DNA from: Chlorokybus atmophyticus
Taxonomy: Eukaryota; Plantae; Mesostigma and Chlorokybus algae
Direction of reading: 5' to 3'
Assembly: GCA_009103225.1 (NCBI GenBank)
Contig: RHPI01003599.1
Coordinates: 219,463 to 283,462, forward strand
DNA: 64,000 nucleotides
Shown here: positions 52,365 to 64,000 of the stretch, one piece after another
Layout of the letters: each line of letters opens with the position of its first letter
Numbering within the stretch: position 1 is the stretch's first letter
The notes under the pieces: generated by a model
What the model was told of the DNA's origin: nothing
Database searches by the model: none
The model's input: the letters and a program-made list of their open reading frames with translations, nothing else
Made by a program: the position numbers and the translations under genes

Positions 52365-52730
52365 GATCATGAATGGTCCGTGCCGCCGGACGGGGTTTTC
52401 CCCTGCTAAGTGAAATCCACGGACCATGTATGGTCCGTTTTTCATCAACAATCGGACATGCATGGTCCAAATTTCACGTCAAAAGAAGCCATTGTCCCCT
52501 AGGTGGCACCATGGCTGGTGCGCGGTTTACTTGAGATATGTGGACCATGTGTGGTGCGAAGTATCATTTTTACAGGGACCAAGCTGGTCCATGCATGTGT
52601 AAATGTGCGTGGACCATGTATGGTCCAAATTTTGCATGTGAACACGGACCAAGGTTGGTTCGTGTTCATATATAAAATGGATGTGTGTGGATACATGCGG
52701 AGCAGACCAGGCCTGGTCCGGTTTGGGGCT
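52365..52730. repeat. Cluster of ggaccatg / tggtcc short repeats, probably a MITE remnant interrupting gag
   Basis: At least 10 copies of ggacca/tggtcc in both orientations. No matching TIR pair found. Confidence 0.4.
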
Positions 52731-55700
52731 GTTTCTTGCATATACATATGCAATGGTGCAATGCATATAATCAGCCAAAATATAATCAGCTACGAGGAAC
52801 CAGAACTCTATTCCTCATCAAGCCATAAACCCTTCAGCCCCTAGACTCTAAGCGTCATTGCTCTTGAGAACCTTGTAGGGCCTGCGCACAAAGTGCATGT
52901 CACTGTGCAGGACTACGTGCATGTATGTATGTGTGTGTATGCACGCGGGCGCGCGCGGGCGCCTTGTGCGGTGATGTGGGACTGTTAGTGTGTGTCACAC
53001 AATATACACTTGTGTGCGAAGCTGTGCATTCGTTTGCGACTGTGCATGCATGTGCATCATGCACATGCCATGATGGGCATTTGCGCACAAACCGCATGCT
53101 TGAGAGACAAAGGGCAGAACCGTTGTGCACCTTGATGGCGGTAAGACTTGTGGCCTAGTGCATCTTAACGGCTGGCCGGCAAGCAATTACACACCTCGTC
53201 ACCTGCAACTGCAGAAACCATCAGTAGCTGCGCTGCAACGGTGCATAGCCTACACACGCGCATGTGTGTAAGTGTGTGCGTGCTTGTGGCATGTTTTCAG
53301 CACGGTTTACACGGGCGAGTGAATGGTGGTATCCTCGCACACGCATGCAGCGCACATGCATGTGTAAGTATGTGTTTGCGTGCACATAGCATCTGTTGGA
53401 TTGTTTATGGGCTGTTACACGGTTGGCCAACAGACAGTCCTCGACTGTCAGCAGCCAACAGTCCTTTTGGACAGCCGAGAGCTGTTTAAGAAGTGCTGTC
53501 TGAGGGCTGTAAAGAGGACTGTCAGCTGCTGACAGTCAAGGACAGTCCGCAGCCGACAGTCCCCTTGACAGCCCTACCTACAGCCCTTGGCTGTCTGAGG
53601 TTGAGTGCGTGTTGTGAATGTGGTTGTGGTTCTTCATAACGGTTGGCGATGGTGATAAGGTAACATGTGGTGTGCAAATTGTGCTCGGCACTTGCGCAAC
53701 TTACTCAGTCACACGCACGCTCGCATGCCAACACGCAAGCAAACACGCACATGTTCACCTGCTGTTGTAATCGAGTAGAACGAGAGAGAGAACACACCCC
53801 TCTCCAGTGCGCGTTTATGAGCCCGCCAAGAGCCCGGGTATCCTGAAAGCGCAAAAGCAGCTATGGTAGATATACGACTTGTATTGCAGGGCCTGCATGC
53901 GCGTGTAAGTGTGTGCGACTGTCAAATTGTCGTCAAGTGAGTGTATTCATGTGCGTGTGAAAGTGTGTGCCTGACTTGCATGTATATGCACGTGCACGCA
54001 CCCTTGCGTCGCAACACCATGGCTGGTGCAGAGCCTGCGCGCGGGTGTACTACGCACTAGATTCGGCGACCGTTTGCATGCATGTGTTTGTGTGCATGAC
54101 CGCCAGGGGGATGCAAATGCACTGTGTATATGTACCAATATACGCACGGGGTGTGTAAGCCGCACATCCACATTATGTTGTATGAGCATCGTAGTTTTAC
54201 ACTAGCCTCCTATGTGTGTGGGCACATGCAAGATTGTTGTAGGCGCAACCACAATGTTGTGAANNNNNNNNNNNNNNNNNNNNNNNNNNNNNNNNNNNNN
54301 NNNNNNNNNNNNNNNNNNNNNNNNNNNNNNNNNNNNNNNNNNNNNNNNNNNNNNNNNNNNNNNNNNNNNNNNNNNNNNNNNNNNNNNNNNNNNNNNNNNN
54401 NNNNNNNNNNNNNNNNNNNNNNNNNNNNGGGGGCTGTTGACAGATGGTTGCAAGAAAACTCACTTGCAAAGCATGCCGCCCACTCCTTACTCCCCCTTGA
54501 ATGCTACACCATGGCTCAGCACCTTGGAAAAGGGTCTGCACGCGCGTATATATACATCATTGCATACACTTGCATGACATGTTAGCTGTCATTGTGTGCG
54601 CACGCACTGACAGTCGGACTGTCAATGCAAATAGCGGAGCGTGCGTGTGGAAGGGTGTGCGCGCCTGTTATTGTGTGTATGCACGCGCGCCATCAAGTGT
54701 GTGTGGTGGTGTGTGTGTGTGGGGGGGGGNGGCTGTTGACCAATGGTGTGCACACTTGATGTTGGGTGTGTTGAGTGCATCCTTACTACGGTGGGCCAGC
54801 GACTGCACGAACGCCTTGCCCAAGTTGTCGTTGGCAGCGAGGAGCTGCGATTATATGAAGAACACCTGCTTGGCACGCTGAAGGTGAACTCCACCTGCTG
54901 CAGGCCCTGTGCTAGGCGACAATGACAACGCACGCATGTAGTGTTGAAGGATGAGGGTAGTGTGCGCAAGCACGCCTGTGTGTGTGACGGTATGCGTATG
55001 TCTGTGCATTCAGCAGCAGCATTTACTTGCCAGAGTCTATTGACTTCTTCTTCTTGTTGCCGAGCAACCTACAGCTTTGCGAAGGCACGGGGAAAGCCCG
55101 ACTCAGTGTTACGCAGATGTCATTCGCCATGCTCACAAAAACAACACCGGTGACTCCCTCAACTACCCAATCACAAGCACACGGCGGCTGAATCCACCCG
55201 CGCATGCGCACCCCGCGTTGCCCTCATTGCAACCTATCATGGGCTAGTGTGTGTGGCTTGGCGTGTGTGTACAGCTTGTGCTCGCATGTGCATGCATCTT
55301 TACAGGCCCGCTGCATGGTGGAATGAAAATATGCGTGTGTGTACCTTAGTGGGAGGGGTTGTTCTCTGTGTGCCTAAGCAACGTGCAATATGTGTGCTGC
55401 GCATATGATGCCATACGGTGACCCGTACCTGAAGATAACAGGAGCTCGTGTCGCAGTTCAGCTGCGGGTTGCCATTGCCGAGAGGGGTCTCAATGACTCC
55501 TTCACAACCGTCATTAACGCCATTGAACCTACCGACCGAGTTAACCTCAACCTGATATGTGCTCTCCTGTAACAGTCAAGGCCAAATTTCGTGAATTTCA
55601 TGGCCATTTTAGGCCTTACTTGTGAGGTATCATGTTCATGACGTGTGGCGGATATCGGCAAGTTATGAGTCTGCCGCGGATATCGACCGGGGCCAAGACC

Positions 55701-56248
55701 AGTCCGGCAGGTGCCAGAAAACGGAGGGACAGTCGACAAGGGCTCGACCAGATTTCTGGAAGGGCCTGGCGCCAAGTAGTATAACTTGACCATATGAGCA
55801 GCAAACTAGGAGATCTTTGGTACGTCGGGAAGGTCTAGAAGTGTACTACGAGATTCTGCAAGAATATCTTAGCTTCCAGTTCCGTCTAGCGCTAGAACCG
55901 TCTAGACATTAGCATGTGCAAACTGGTAGGTATACAAGTGACATTCTACAATTTGCAATACAACCTTTAGCTCCTTAGTTTCTTGTGTGCAAGCTTGGTG
56001 GTGGTTAGCAGGGGTTGCTAGCGAGTGTCCACTGGTGTGTGCTTGCTTGTGTGACGATCCAAGGCGCTACACAAGTCGGTGTGTAGCGCTTCGAGCGCAT
56101 GCGCGTGCGTACGCGAGTGGCGGGGCGCGCGTGTGTGCTTGGCAGAGGGGGCAAGGTTCCGGTGTGAATACTGTGCCTTGGTGAGAGGGTTGTTGATTGG
56201 ACCAGCTCACAGGTGGCAAGGTACGAGCACCGTCACATCTCCTTTGTA

Positions 56249-56781
56249 TGTCACAGCCCACTCGACCACAAAAGACTTGGTGCTTTTATGGTCGATTTGT
56301 GGTAATTAATGTACCTTCCCGTTACATTCCCCCCCACTTAAGAACGCTGACGTCCTCGGCAGCTGGCGGCCATCAGCTGGGGAATTACCCAAGGGGTTTG
56401 TTAGGGTCGGTCACCGGCCCCACCGTCCAAGGACCGGCCAATTTAGGCCCATACCGGTCAGCGCGCGCATAGCGCGCCGCTACCGGCCCCACAGGTCGCG
56501 TCGCCGCGATAGGCAGGTCGCGCCCTGCCGCGCCGATTGTACTGGTCAGGTCACTTCGGCGCGACTGCCATTAGGCAAGTCGCGACCCATCGATGATGGC
56601 ACTCATAAAGTGACCATTTACGATTATTGGATCGAGAAACAACGACCGCGGAATTCGTGTGCAAGGCAGGAATCGAACCCGGGTCTCAAGCTCCGATGAC
56701 CAATGTCACAGCCCACTCGACCACAAAAGACTTGGTGCTTTTATGGTCGATTTGTAGTAATTAATGTACCTTCCCGTTACA
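56249..56781 (-). mobile_element. TRIM 2, 533 bp, non-coding
   Basis: 78-bp LTRs (56249-56326, 56704-56781) with 1 mismatch, PBS-like tggtcatcggagc (minus strand, 56702-56690), G-run purine tract (minus strand) before the 3' LTR, 5-bp TSD ttgta. Confidence 0.93.
56669..56723 (-). promoter_or_regulatory. tRNA-type Pol III internal promoter spanning the 5' LTR/PBS junction of TRIM2
   Basis: A-box TGGTCGAGTGG (56723-56713) and B-box GGTTCGATTCC (56679-56669), 33 nt apart. Confidence 0.7.
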
Positions 56782-57905
56782 TTGTACATCACGGACTGAC
56801 ACACGCTGACAGCTGGATGTTGGGGACTACAGCTGTTGAGGGAAGGCTTGTTGTTAAGGGCTTTTAGAAGGGCTGCTAACATGTTGATGACTGGGGGAGG
56901 GGGTGTTGCCGACCTCAGATGGTGGGCGCGTGAGAGCGAGATGTGGCAGTTGTGCGAATGGGTGCGCGTGTGTCGCTTGCGCGGGTATAAGGTTGGTACT
57001 TGTGGTGTTGGCATGGTTGGGTGATTCTTGCGTACATATACAAACCACATACACAAATGCGCACGCATGCACATATAGCAATAGATCTAAGAGCAACCAC
57101 AACAGCAATGACAAAGCTCAACTTAAGCGCACTAACTGCACCGAAACTAATCTTGTATGCTGCAACTAGCATCCATATGCCTGACGCACATTTGAGCACC
57201 CATACTCAGTGGTACATCGGCGAAAATAAGCCGATGTTGTTGACAAACAAACTTGTTTAACCAACCCGTGTGTGCAGACATAAACTCGCTATCAGCCTGA
57301 ACATGTGCGTGTGGGCGAATGTCAACTTGAGCGTGCGAATGAACGCGCACGAAAGAACGTGCATGACAGAGTGAGCGCTGAACCAAGCGCAGTTTTTGCA
57401 ACAACAATGACAAGCAACAACCAGATGATGTAATAGCATGCAGCTGCTGGTGCTGCGGCTGTTGTTTTGGGCGGGTAAAAGCAATCGTCGTCAACATAAA
57501 ACTCATAGACTCTACGAAGTTAAGAAACGACAACAATAGGTGCTGGCAGCAGCAGCAGTCGCTACTGCTGCAGTGGCTGGCAGCAAGTAGTAGAAGGCAG
57601 AACATGGCGCAGCATTTGCAACAACAATAATAAGCAACAAGCAAACGACTACAACGGCAGCAGCCGCTCCAGCAGCATTGGTGCGCGTGCTTGTGCGTGC
57701 ACAAAAAATACAACAGTTGGTGCAATTGGGCACCATTCCTACTGTCGTTGAACCTAGCAAAGCCACAGCAAATTCAGCTGCTCAACTTACAACAACACCA
57801 CTCGCCGCCGCCGCCGCCATTGCCGTCGATTTCTCCTCCACCGCTACAGCGCCGCGAGGCCAACGAAAGTCCAGCACTGCCGACTGTCGCGCTCTGCTTG
57901 TGCTA

Positions 57906-60900
57906 CAGTCTAACCTCGACAAGTGCATATTCGATAAGTGCATATCCGCGTTATGTGCATATTTTTCGCTGTCACCGACGTCCCTAGGGGTAATGCATGT
58001 TCGCTAAGCGCATATGCACTTATCGATAAGTGCATTTTATATGAGACCCATATTCTAGTGTGCCTATGCACTTATCGAGGTCAATTAGGGTTTCGCAGGC
58101 GAATTAGGGTTTGTCTGCCGCCGGCGCAGCGACCTGGACGCCGTTGTAGCTGGGGGCGGCGGCGGCGGCGGCGGTGACGGTGATGGGGGGTCTGGTTGTG
58201 TGCTTTGTGGAGCAGGAGTGGCGACAATAAGGTCAGACAGTCACAACATGGCGTCACTGATTTCCTGCACAGTGTCTTCACATGGCGATACTATCAAACT
58301 GTGCTACACTCACAATGCTGTTGTATGAGATTGTTGATGATTGTAATGTGCATTTGTAGATGGCCGCAGTAGAGAAAGAGCTTAAGCGCAAAACATTCAG
58401 TTTAGCCGACAAGAAGCGCATTGTGGACCTGTGCAAGGAGCGTGCAGTTGCCAAGCAGGCAGAGAAGATTCAATTGATCAAACAGGAGTTGGGTATTGAC
58501 ATCACGCAATCCGCTTTATCTCGGCTGTTGAAAAACGCTGATGTGATTGTACAAGCTGTAGTAGACAGAGGCCTTCTTGTAGCAGATGTTAAAAGACTCC
58601 GGCCTGCACAGTTCCCTTTGTTAGAAGCAGCACTCTATGAGTGGTTTAGTGATGTTACTGCTGCAAACAGCCCCTTGACAGATGTACTGTTGAAGGCACA
58701 GGCCTTGAAGTTTCACAAACTCATGAAGTTGCCAGAGTCGTTTAAGGTGTCTACAGGCTGGTTGTGCAACTTCAAGCAGCGTCGTGGCATTCGCTCGTTT
58801 GCACTGCATGGTGAAGCAGCAGATGCAGACATTGAAGGGATAGAAGTAGCTCGCTGTGAGTTACCCGTCTTGCTTGCCGAGTACTCTCCCGGTGATGTAT
58901 TTAACATGGATGAAACGGGGTTGTTTTATAGAGCACGCCCTAGTCGCACTCTCGGTCTGGTGGGAGCTCATGTTAGGGGATTCATCAAGAAGCAAAAGGC
59001 TCGCTGCACACTTGCTTTGTGTAGCAACGCAAGTGGCACAGAGAAGCGGCCTCTTTTGTTCATCGGCACCGCAAAGAAGCCACGTTGCTTTGGTCGTTGG
59101 ACTCCCATTCAGATCAATGTTGAATATGAGTACAATGACACAGCATGGATGACCAGCCAGGTAGCTGCCATTTGCATTGTGCAACTTGTGTTGTGAGTTA
59201 GCTTAGTTGAGCTTATACCCTCTTGACTGCTGCAGGTGTTCAGCCGATGGCTTACGCAATTCAACTTTGATATGAAGCTACAGAAGCGCAAGGTCATCTT
59301 GTTGCTTGACAACTCTAGTACACATGCATGCATGCATGCAACAGAAGTGAAGATTAACACCTTCAAGGGGCTGGAGTTGTCCAACGTCACTGCATTGTTC
59401 CTTCCGGCAAACACAACATCTGTCATCCAACCAATGGATGCGGGGATTATTGCAGCCTTTAAAGCTAGGTATGTGTTGTGTGTGTGCGTGCTGGCATGTG
59501 CATGCTTTTGCATGCGTGTGTGGGGTGCATGCGTGCGTGAGTGTGCGTGCATGTATGTGCTTGTGTGTCCATGTGCAGTTCTGTTTGCGTGCGTGCATGT
59601 GTATGCTTGTGTGGCCGTGTGCAGTTCTGTTTGCATGTGTGTTTGTGTATGCTTGTGTGTCCGTGTGCAGTTGTTTGCATGTGTGCACGTGTATGCTTGT
59701 GTGGCCGTGTGCAGTTCTGTTTGCATGTGTGTTTGTGTATGCTTGTGTGTGCGTGTGCAGTTGTTTGCATGTGTGCTTGTGCGTCCGTGTGCTGGGGCGT
59801 GCATGTGTGTGTTCTGCTTGCGTGCGTCTGTGTGCTAGTCTTAGTGTCATCTTTTGCTAACTATTCATGTGCATGCCAGGTACAAGCAAAAGCTGGTGAT
59901 GCATTTGCTTGATTGCTACGAAGCAAGAGCTTATACTGACATCTCCAAAGTTAGAGTTGATGTTCGTGACGCCATTATCTGGTCAAAAGCAGCATGGGCA
60001 GAGATCAAGGACATTTCTATTGGCAATTGCTGGCGGAAAAGTGGCATCTGCTCACCTGAGTGGTTTACAGGGGCGACGACAACAAACACAGATGAAGCTA
60101 CAGCACAAGCCACAGCTCAATTGGAAGCTATGCTGCCACGCTTACCAATTCCATCATCTGATCTGCCAACAGCAACTGACTTCGTGGTTGCGGATGATCA
60201 TCTGGCTACACATGCTGGGCGCAGCGACCAAGACATCCTTGCTGCGGTTGGGGCACCGGTGGAGGCTGCAATCGACATAATAGACGGTGTGTAAGCAAAG
60301 CGCAAGCATCTGTTTTGATTGCAACTTGTTGAATCTCTTAATAAGTGTATTATGCAGATGATGGCATTGACTTTGATGAGGAGGAGCCTGTGCGTGTGAC
60401 GATTCATGATGCCATTGAAGGCCTCGGCAATGCGGACAAGTACATGGCCGGCGAGAACGGTGAAGAGTTTACGGAGGTGGAGCAGCTGATGATCCACAAG
60501 CTTATCACCAAGATGACACACTTGCGGCTTTTTGGTCGTCAAGTGCGCCAGACACGCATGACACACTTCATGCATTGTAGAGACATCAATGTAGATGTTG
60601 ATGCAGACTCTGCTGCTGCTGATTGTGGTATGCATGTAGATAGCAAGGCACGTCCCAGCACCTCTCATATTGTGATTGATGAGTAAATATGCAAATAAGT
60701 ATATGTATACCATGCATGTAGACTCTAACTCCATGCGGAATTTCGTATGCGTGTAATTAGTAACGAAGTCAATATGCTGCCTAGTGATGCTATTGTAGAC
60801 ATTGCGCGAGCTCATAATAATGACGTGCACACCCATATAAATGCTGTGCACGCACACCATCATATACAAACGTATAGATTGATTGATATCTATTGAAATG

Positions 60901-61062
60901 AAGCGTACAGTTAAAATACTGTTTGCACTTGATAAGTGCATAAGTTATGCACTTACGCTGGCTATATGTGCATATTTTATGCACTTAGCGATAGTAACAT
61001 AAACTTGATAAGTGCATAAGAACGCCTGTTCCCGATGGTATGCACTTATCGAGGTTAGACTG
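57906..61062 (+). mobile_element. Full-length pogo/Tigger (Tc1-mariner superfamily) DNA transposon
   Basis: 24-bp TIR cagtctaacctcga(c/t)aagtgcata with 1 mismatch, TA on both flanks, many subterminal ataagtgcata/tgcacttat repeats. Confidence 0.95.
58360..60686 (+). CDS. pogo/Tigger transposase (CENP-B-type HTH plus DDE_1), 4 coding exons, 589 aa
   Basis: Exons 58360-59160, 59236-59468, 59880-60286 and 60358-60686 total 1770 nt, open, GT-AG, phases consistent. Motifs STGWLCNFKQRRGI, FNMDETG, LLLDNSSTH, IQPMDAGII. Confidence 0.92.
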
Positions 61063-61240
61063 TACTTGTTTTTGGGACTGATGAGTACGAGTACAATAAA
61101 GAACCAACCACACATCGCATGCATGGACAAAACCTTTGCTCACCTCTGTATAAAGCCCGCGAGGTGACACAGGTGTAGTGGCATGAGCGGTGTCACGCTG
61201 CAACACCAGCTAGCCACCCCGTCGGTTGCTTCCCCGGGTA

Positions 61241-61320
<80 letters not shown>

Positions 61321-61713
61321 NTCTCTCTTTGTGTGTGTGTGTGTGTGTGCGTGCGAACAGAACAAGGGGTAGAGTCGTTCAACTTACAAAGTAAGCGCCA
61401 GTGTCTTCGTCTTGCTGACCAGTGTGTGGGCGTGTGTGTGTGTGAAGTGTCCGATTGTGTCGCCTCTCCCGTGGTCTCAGGTGTGCGTGCACACACGTAA
61501 GCATTGGTCTGTCGGGGTGAGGTTGCAGCCGAGCCCTTCTGGACCTTTCATGCATTCACACATCATGTGGTGTAAAAATGCATGCATGCATGCCTGTCCA
61601 CGCCGTCCATGCATGCACACACGCGGCTGCGTTTCCAGCAACAACTCACTACGCGCTTTGCATTTGCATCCCAGGCAAGAGGTGGAGCAGCTCTCTCGTC
61701 TTGTCCTCTCAAC

Positions 61714-62278
<565 letters not shown>

Positions 62279-64000
62279 ACCTAGCCCTGGAGCTGGCCGG
62301 TAGATTGTTAGAGATGATGGTGTGCGGAAGGTGACATACACATGTATCTGTCATAGTGTTCCCCTTGAATGTTGTTGTTGTTCCTCTTGCCATTGGCCTA
62401 GTTGTACAATCAACCCCAGGCATTCATCGACATCATCGTTTCCTGCCTGAATAGTGCACACTGCTTCAAGCCAAGTTGGCCGGTCGTGGGCAATCCTGGA
62501 ATAGAAATGAATGTGTGCAGATGTTGACTTTGCTGCAACACTGCCGGAAGTATGCTTGTTGGTAGTGTATGCATAAACGCAAGAAGTGGGTCAACCTAGA
62601 TGATAACAACCAAGCTCAGCACTGGTCGTGACGTTAGCAACATTCGAGGTTGGTTGGCTGCTGTAAGTTCATGCATGATTATGCACACGATGCTGGAATG
62701 TATGTTCTTGACGGTAAGGCATGTGAGGTTGGCATGCATCACGTGTACATGTTGAGCCAGGGAGCTGGTAACCACCACATACAGTTGTTGTCAACACTCG
62801 TGCTGCATAGCCTGTGCACGGTGCGCAAGAATGGAATCCGATAGTGTGCAGTTCAAGTACACCGTCCCTCACTTGCGTGCGGTGAGCATGCGCACCTTGC
62901 TGTCTATGTGCGCTCACACGCCTTTGCTCGCTTGTTGTGTCTGACATGAGACAGAAGACAACCAACAGCACATGCACACACACCTTTGCAAATCTAACGG
63001 CGAAGAAGTTGCAGAGAGGTGCTGGCAGTTGAGCTACCCTAAGACAAGTAGCAGCTGTGTGTGTATGCAGCATTTACGCGCGCGCGTGTGCTGCGCTGCA
63101 GCGTGCGTGATGCTGCACGTGTGAATGTGTGTGTTGAGTTGTGCGCCAGTGCGCCAGTGCGCACATGCACACGTGCGTGCATGCGTGCGTAGTGCTGCAG
63201 CATGCCGGCATGCATGAATGATTGTGTGTTTAGTCGAGTCGTCACGACTCAAAGCAGCCGTGCTGTTTAGTGGTGGTATCAACCAATACGTACATGCCTT
63301 GTGTGTGACTCTACCTTTCACTACCCACACCGTGTGTGGGTCGACGTTGCATTGGCTGCCTGGTTGCTGCGTTACTCAGAATGGACATGAAGGTGAGTGC
63401 ATGCGTGCCACACAAACACTCACAGTGTGCAAGTGTAGTCATGTAAGCATCTGCTGTTTCGGCAAGAGACTCGCAGGCAGCTGTGTGTGTGCATGCGTGC
63501 GCATTCGTCACATCGATAGTCGGTGAGTAAAGGCTGATGGGGAGAGCACACAGTTGCCAGTAGCCGCATGCACGTGCTCAGGCGTGGGCGTGGGCGTGGG
63601 CGTGTGATAGAGTGCATGTACTACATATCAGTAACATCTTGAGCATTCAATGATCCGGGAAAGGATACACGCAAACTCAGTGTACAAAAGATCGTATGCT
63701 GGAGTCACATGCAAAGTGTGAAAAGGCAACAGCACATCAACACAACATGCAGGAATGGGCACATACCATGCTTACACTCTACACTTGCAGGCTACCTACT
63801 CTACGTAACACGCTAAGCCCTTGCCCCATTAGTCCGACCAGCATGCATGGTGTCCAGCAATCACCTGCATCGCGGCGATGGTGGTTAGCGACCAGCCGTC
63901 TTCATTGCAATGACAGCAGCAGACTCCAAAGAATTCCCCTCCTCCACAACTCCGTGTGTGTGCATGTACAGTCGAGAGCACTGGATGCTAACGGCGGGGG

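Noticed and set aside
53409-53587. gacag/ctgtc-rich patch with gggctgt...acagccc ends
   Set aside because: MITE-like, but the TIR is very short and there is no clean TSD.
54111-54263. Exact 153-bp duplicate of 43138-43290, and a 37-bp duplicate of 42260-42296 at 48110-48146
   Set aside because: Both end exactly at N gaps. They could be repeat copies or scaffolding overlap and cannot be interpreted.
55400-55930. Compositionally distinct segment resembling a TE end
   Set aside because: No TIR pair, TSD or coding motif found.
56640-56700. Stand-alone tRNA gene suggested by GGTTCGATTCC
   Set aside because: No complete cloverleaf. The B-box is part of TRIM2 and is reported there.
59469-59879. 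Regular ~45-bp repeats resembling an array
   Set aside because: TG-rich minisatellite inside a transposase intron. No unique spacers and no cas genes, so not CRISPR.

Overview
Eukaryotic nuclear DNA, most likely from a green alga (spliceosomal introns, nucleus-encoded psbO, plant-type DEG8 and tRNA-Ile). It is a draft assembly with several N gaps. The first ~24 kb is gene-rich: an HA-repeat gene, a PD-(D/E)xK-like gene, a ZNHIT2-like gene, tRNA-Ile(UAU), psbO, a SAM methyltransferase head-to-head with DEG8, and cytochrome c1. The rest is dominated by mobile DNA: hAT, Harbinger and pogo MITEs; a decayed Ty3/gypsy element whose pol carries a C5-cytosine methyltransferase and a C-terminal PHD finger; a copia derivative nested in it; a second Ty3 remnant; and an apparently intact intron-containing pogo/Tigger transposon. 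Three paralogues of a small secreted CBM14-like gene are interspersed. The most unusual signal is in two ~0.5 kb mini LTR elements (TRIMs) with dissimilar LTRs. Both place a tRNA-type A-box at the end of the LTR and a B-box just after the primer-binding site, have a GTCTTTT motif in an LTR hairpin just before the A-box, and lack any internal T4 run. This suggests RNA polymerase III-transcribed LTR retroelements. All calls were made by eye without database searches, and exon boundaries are inferred.
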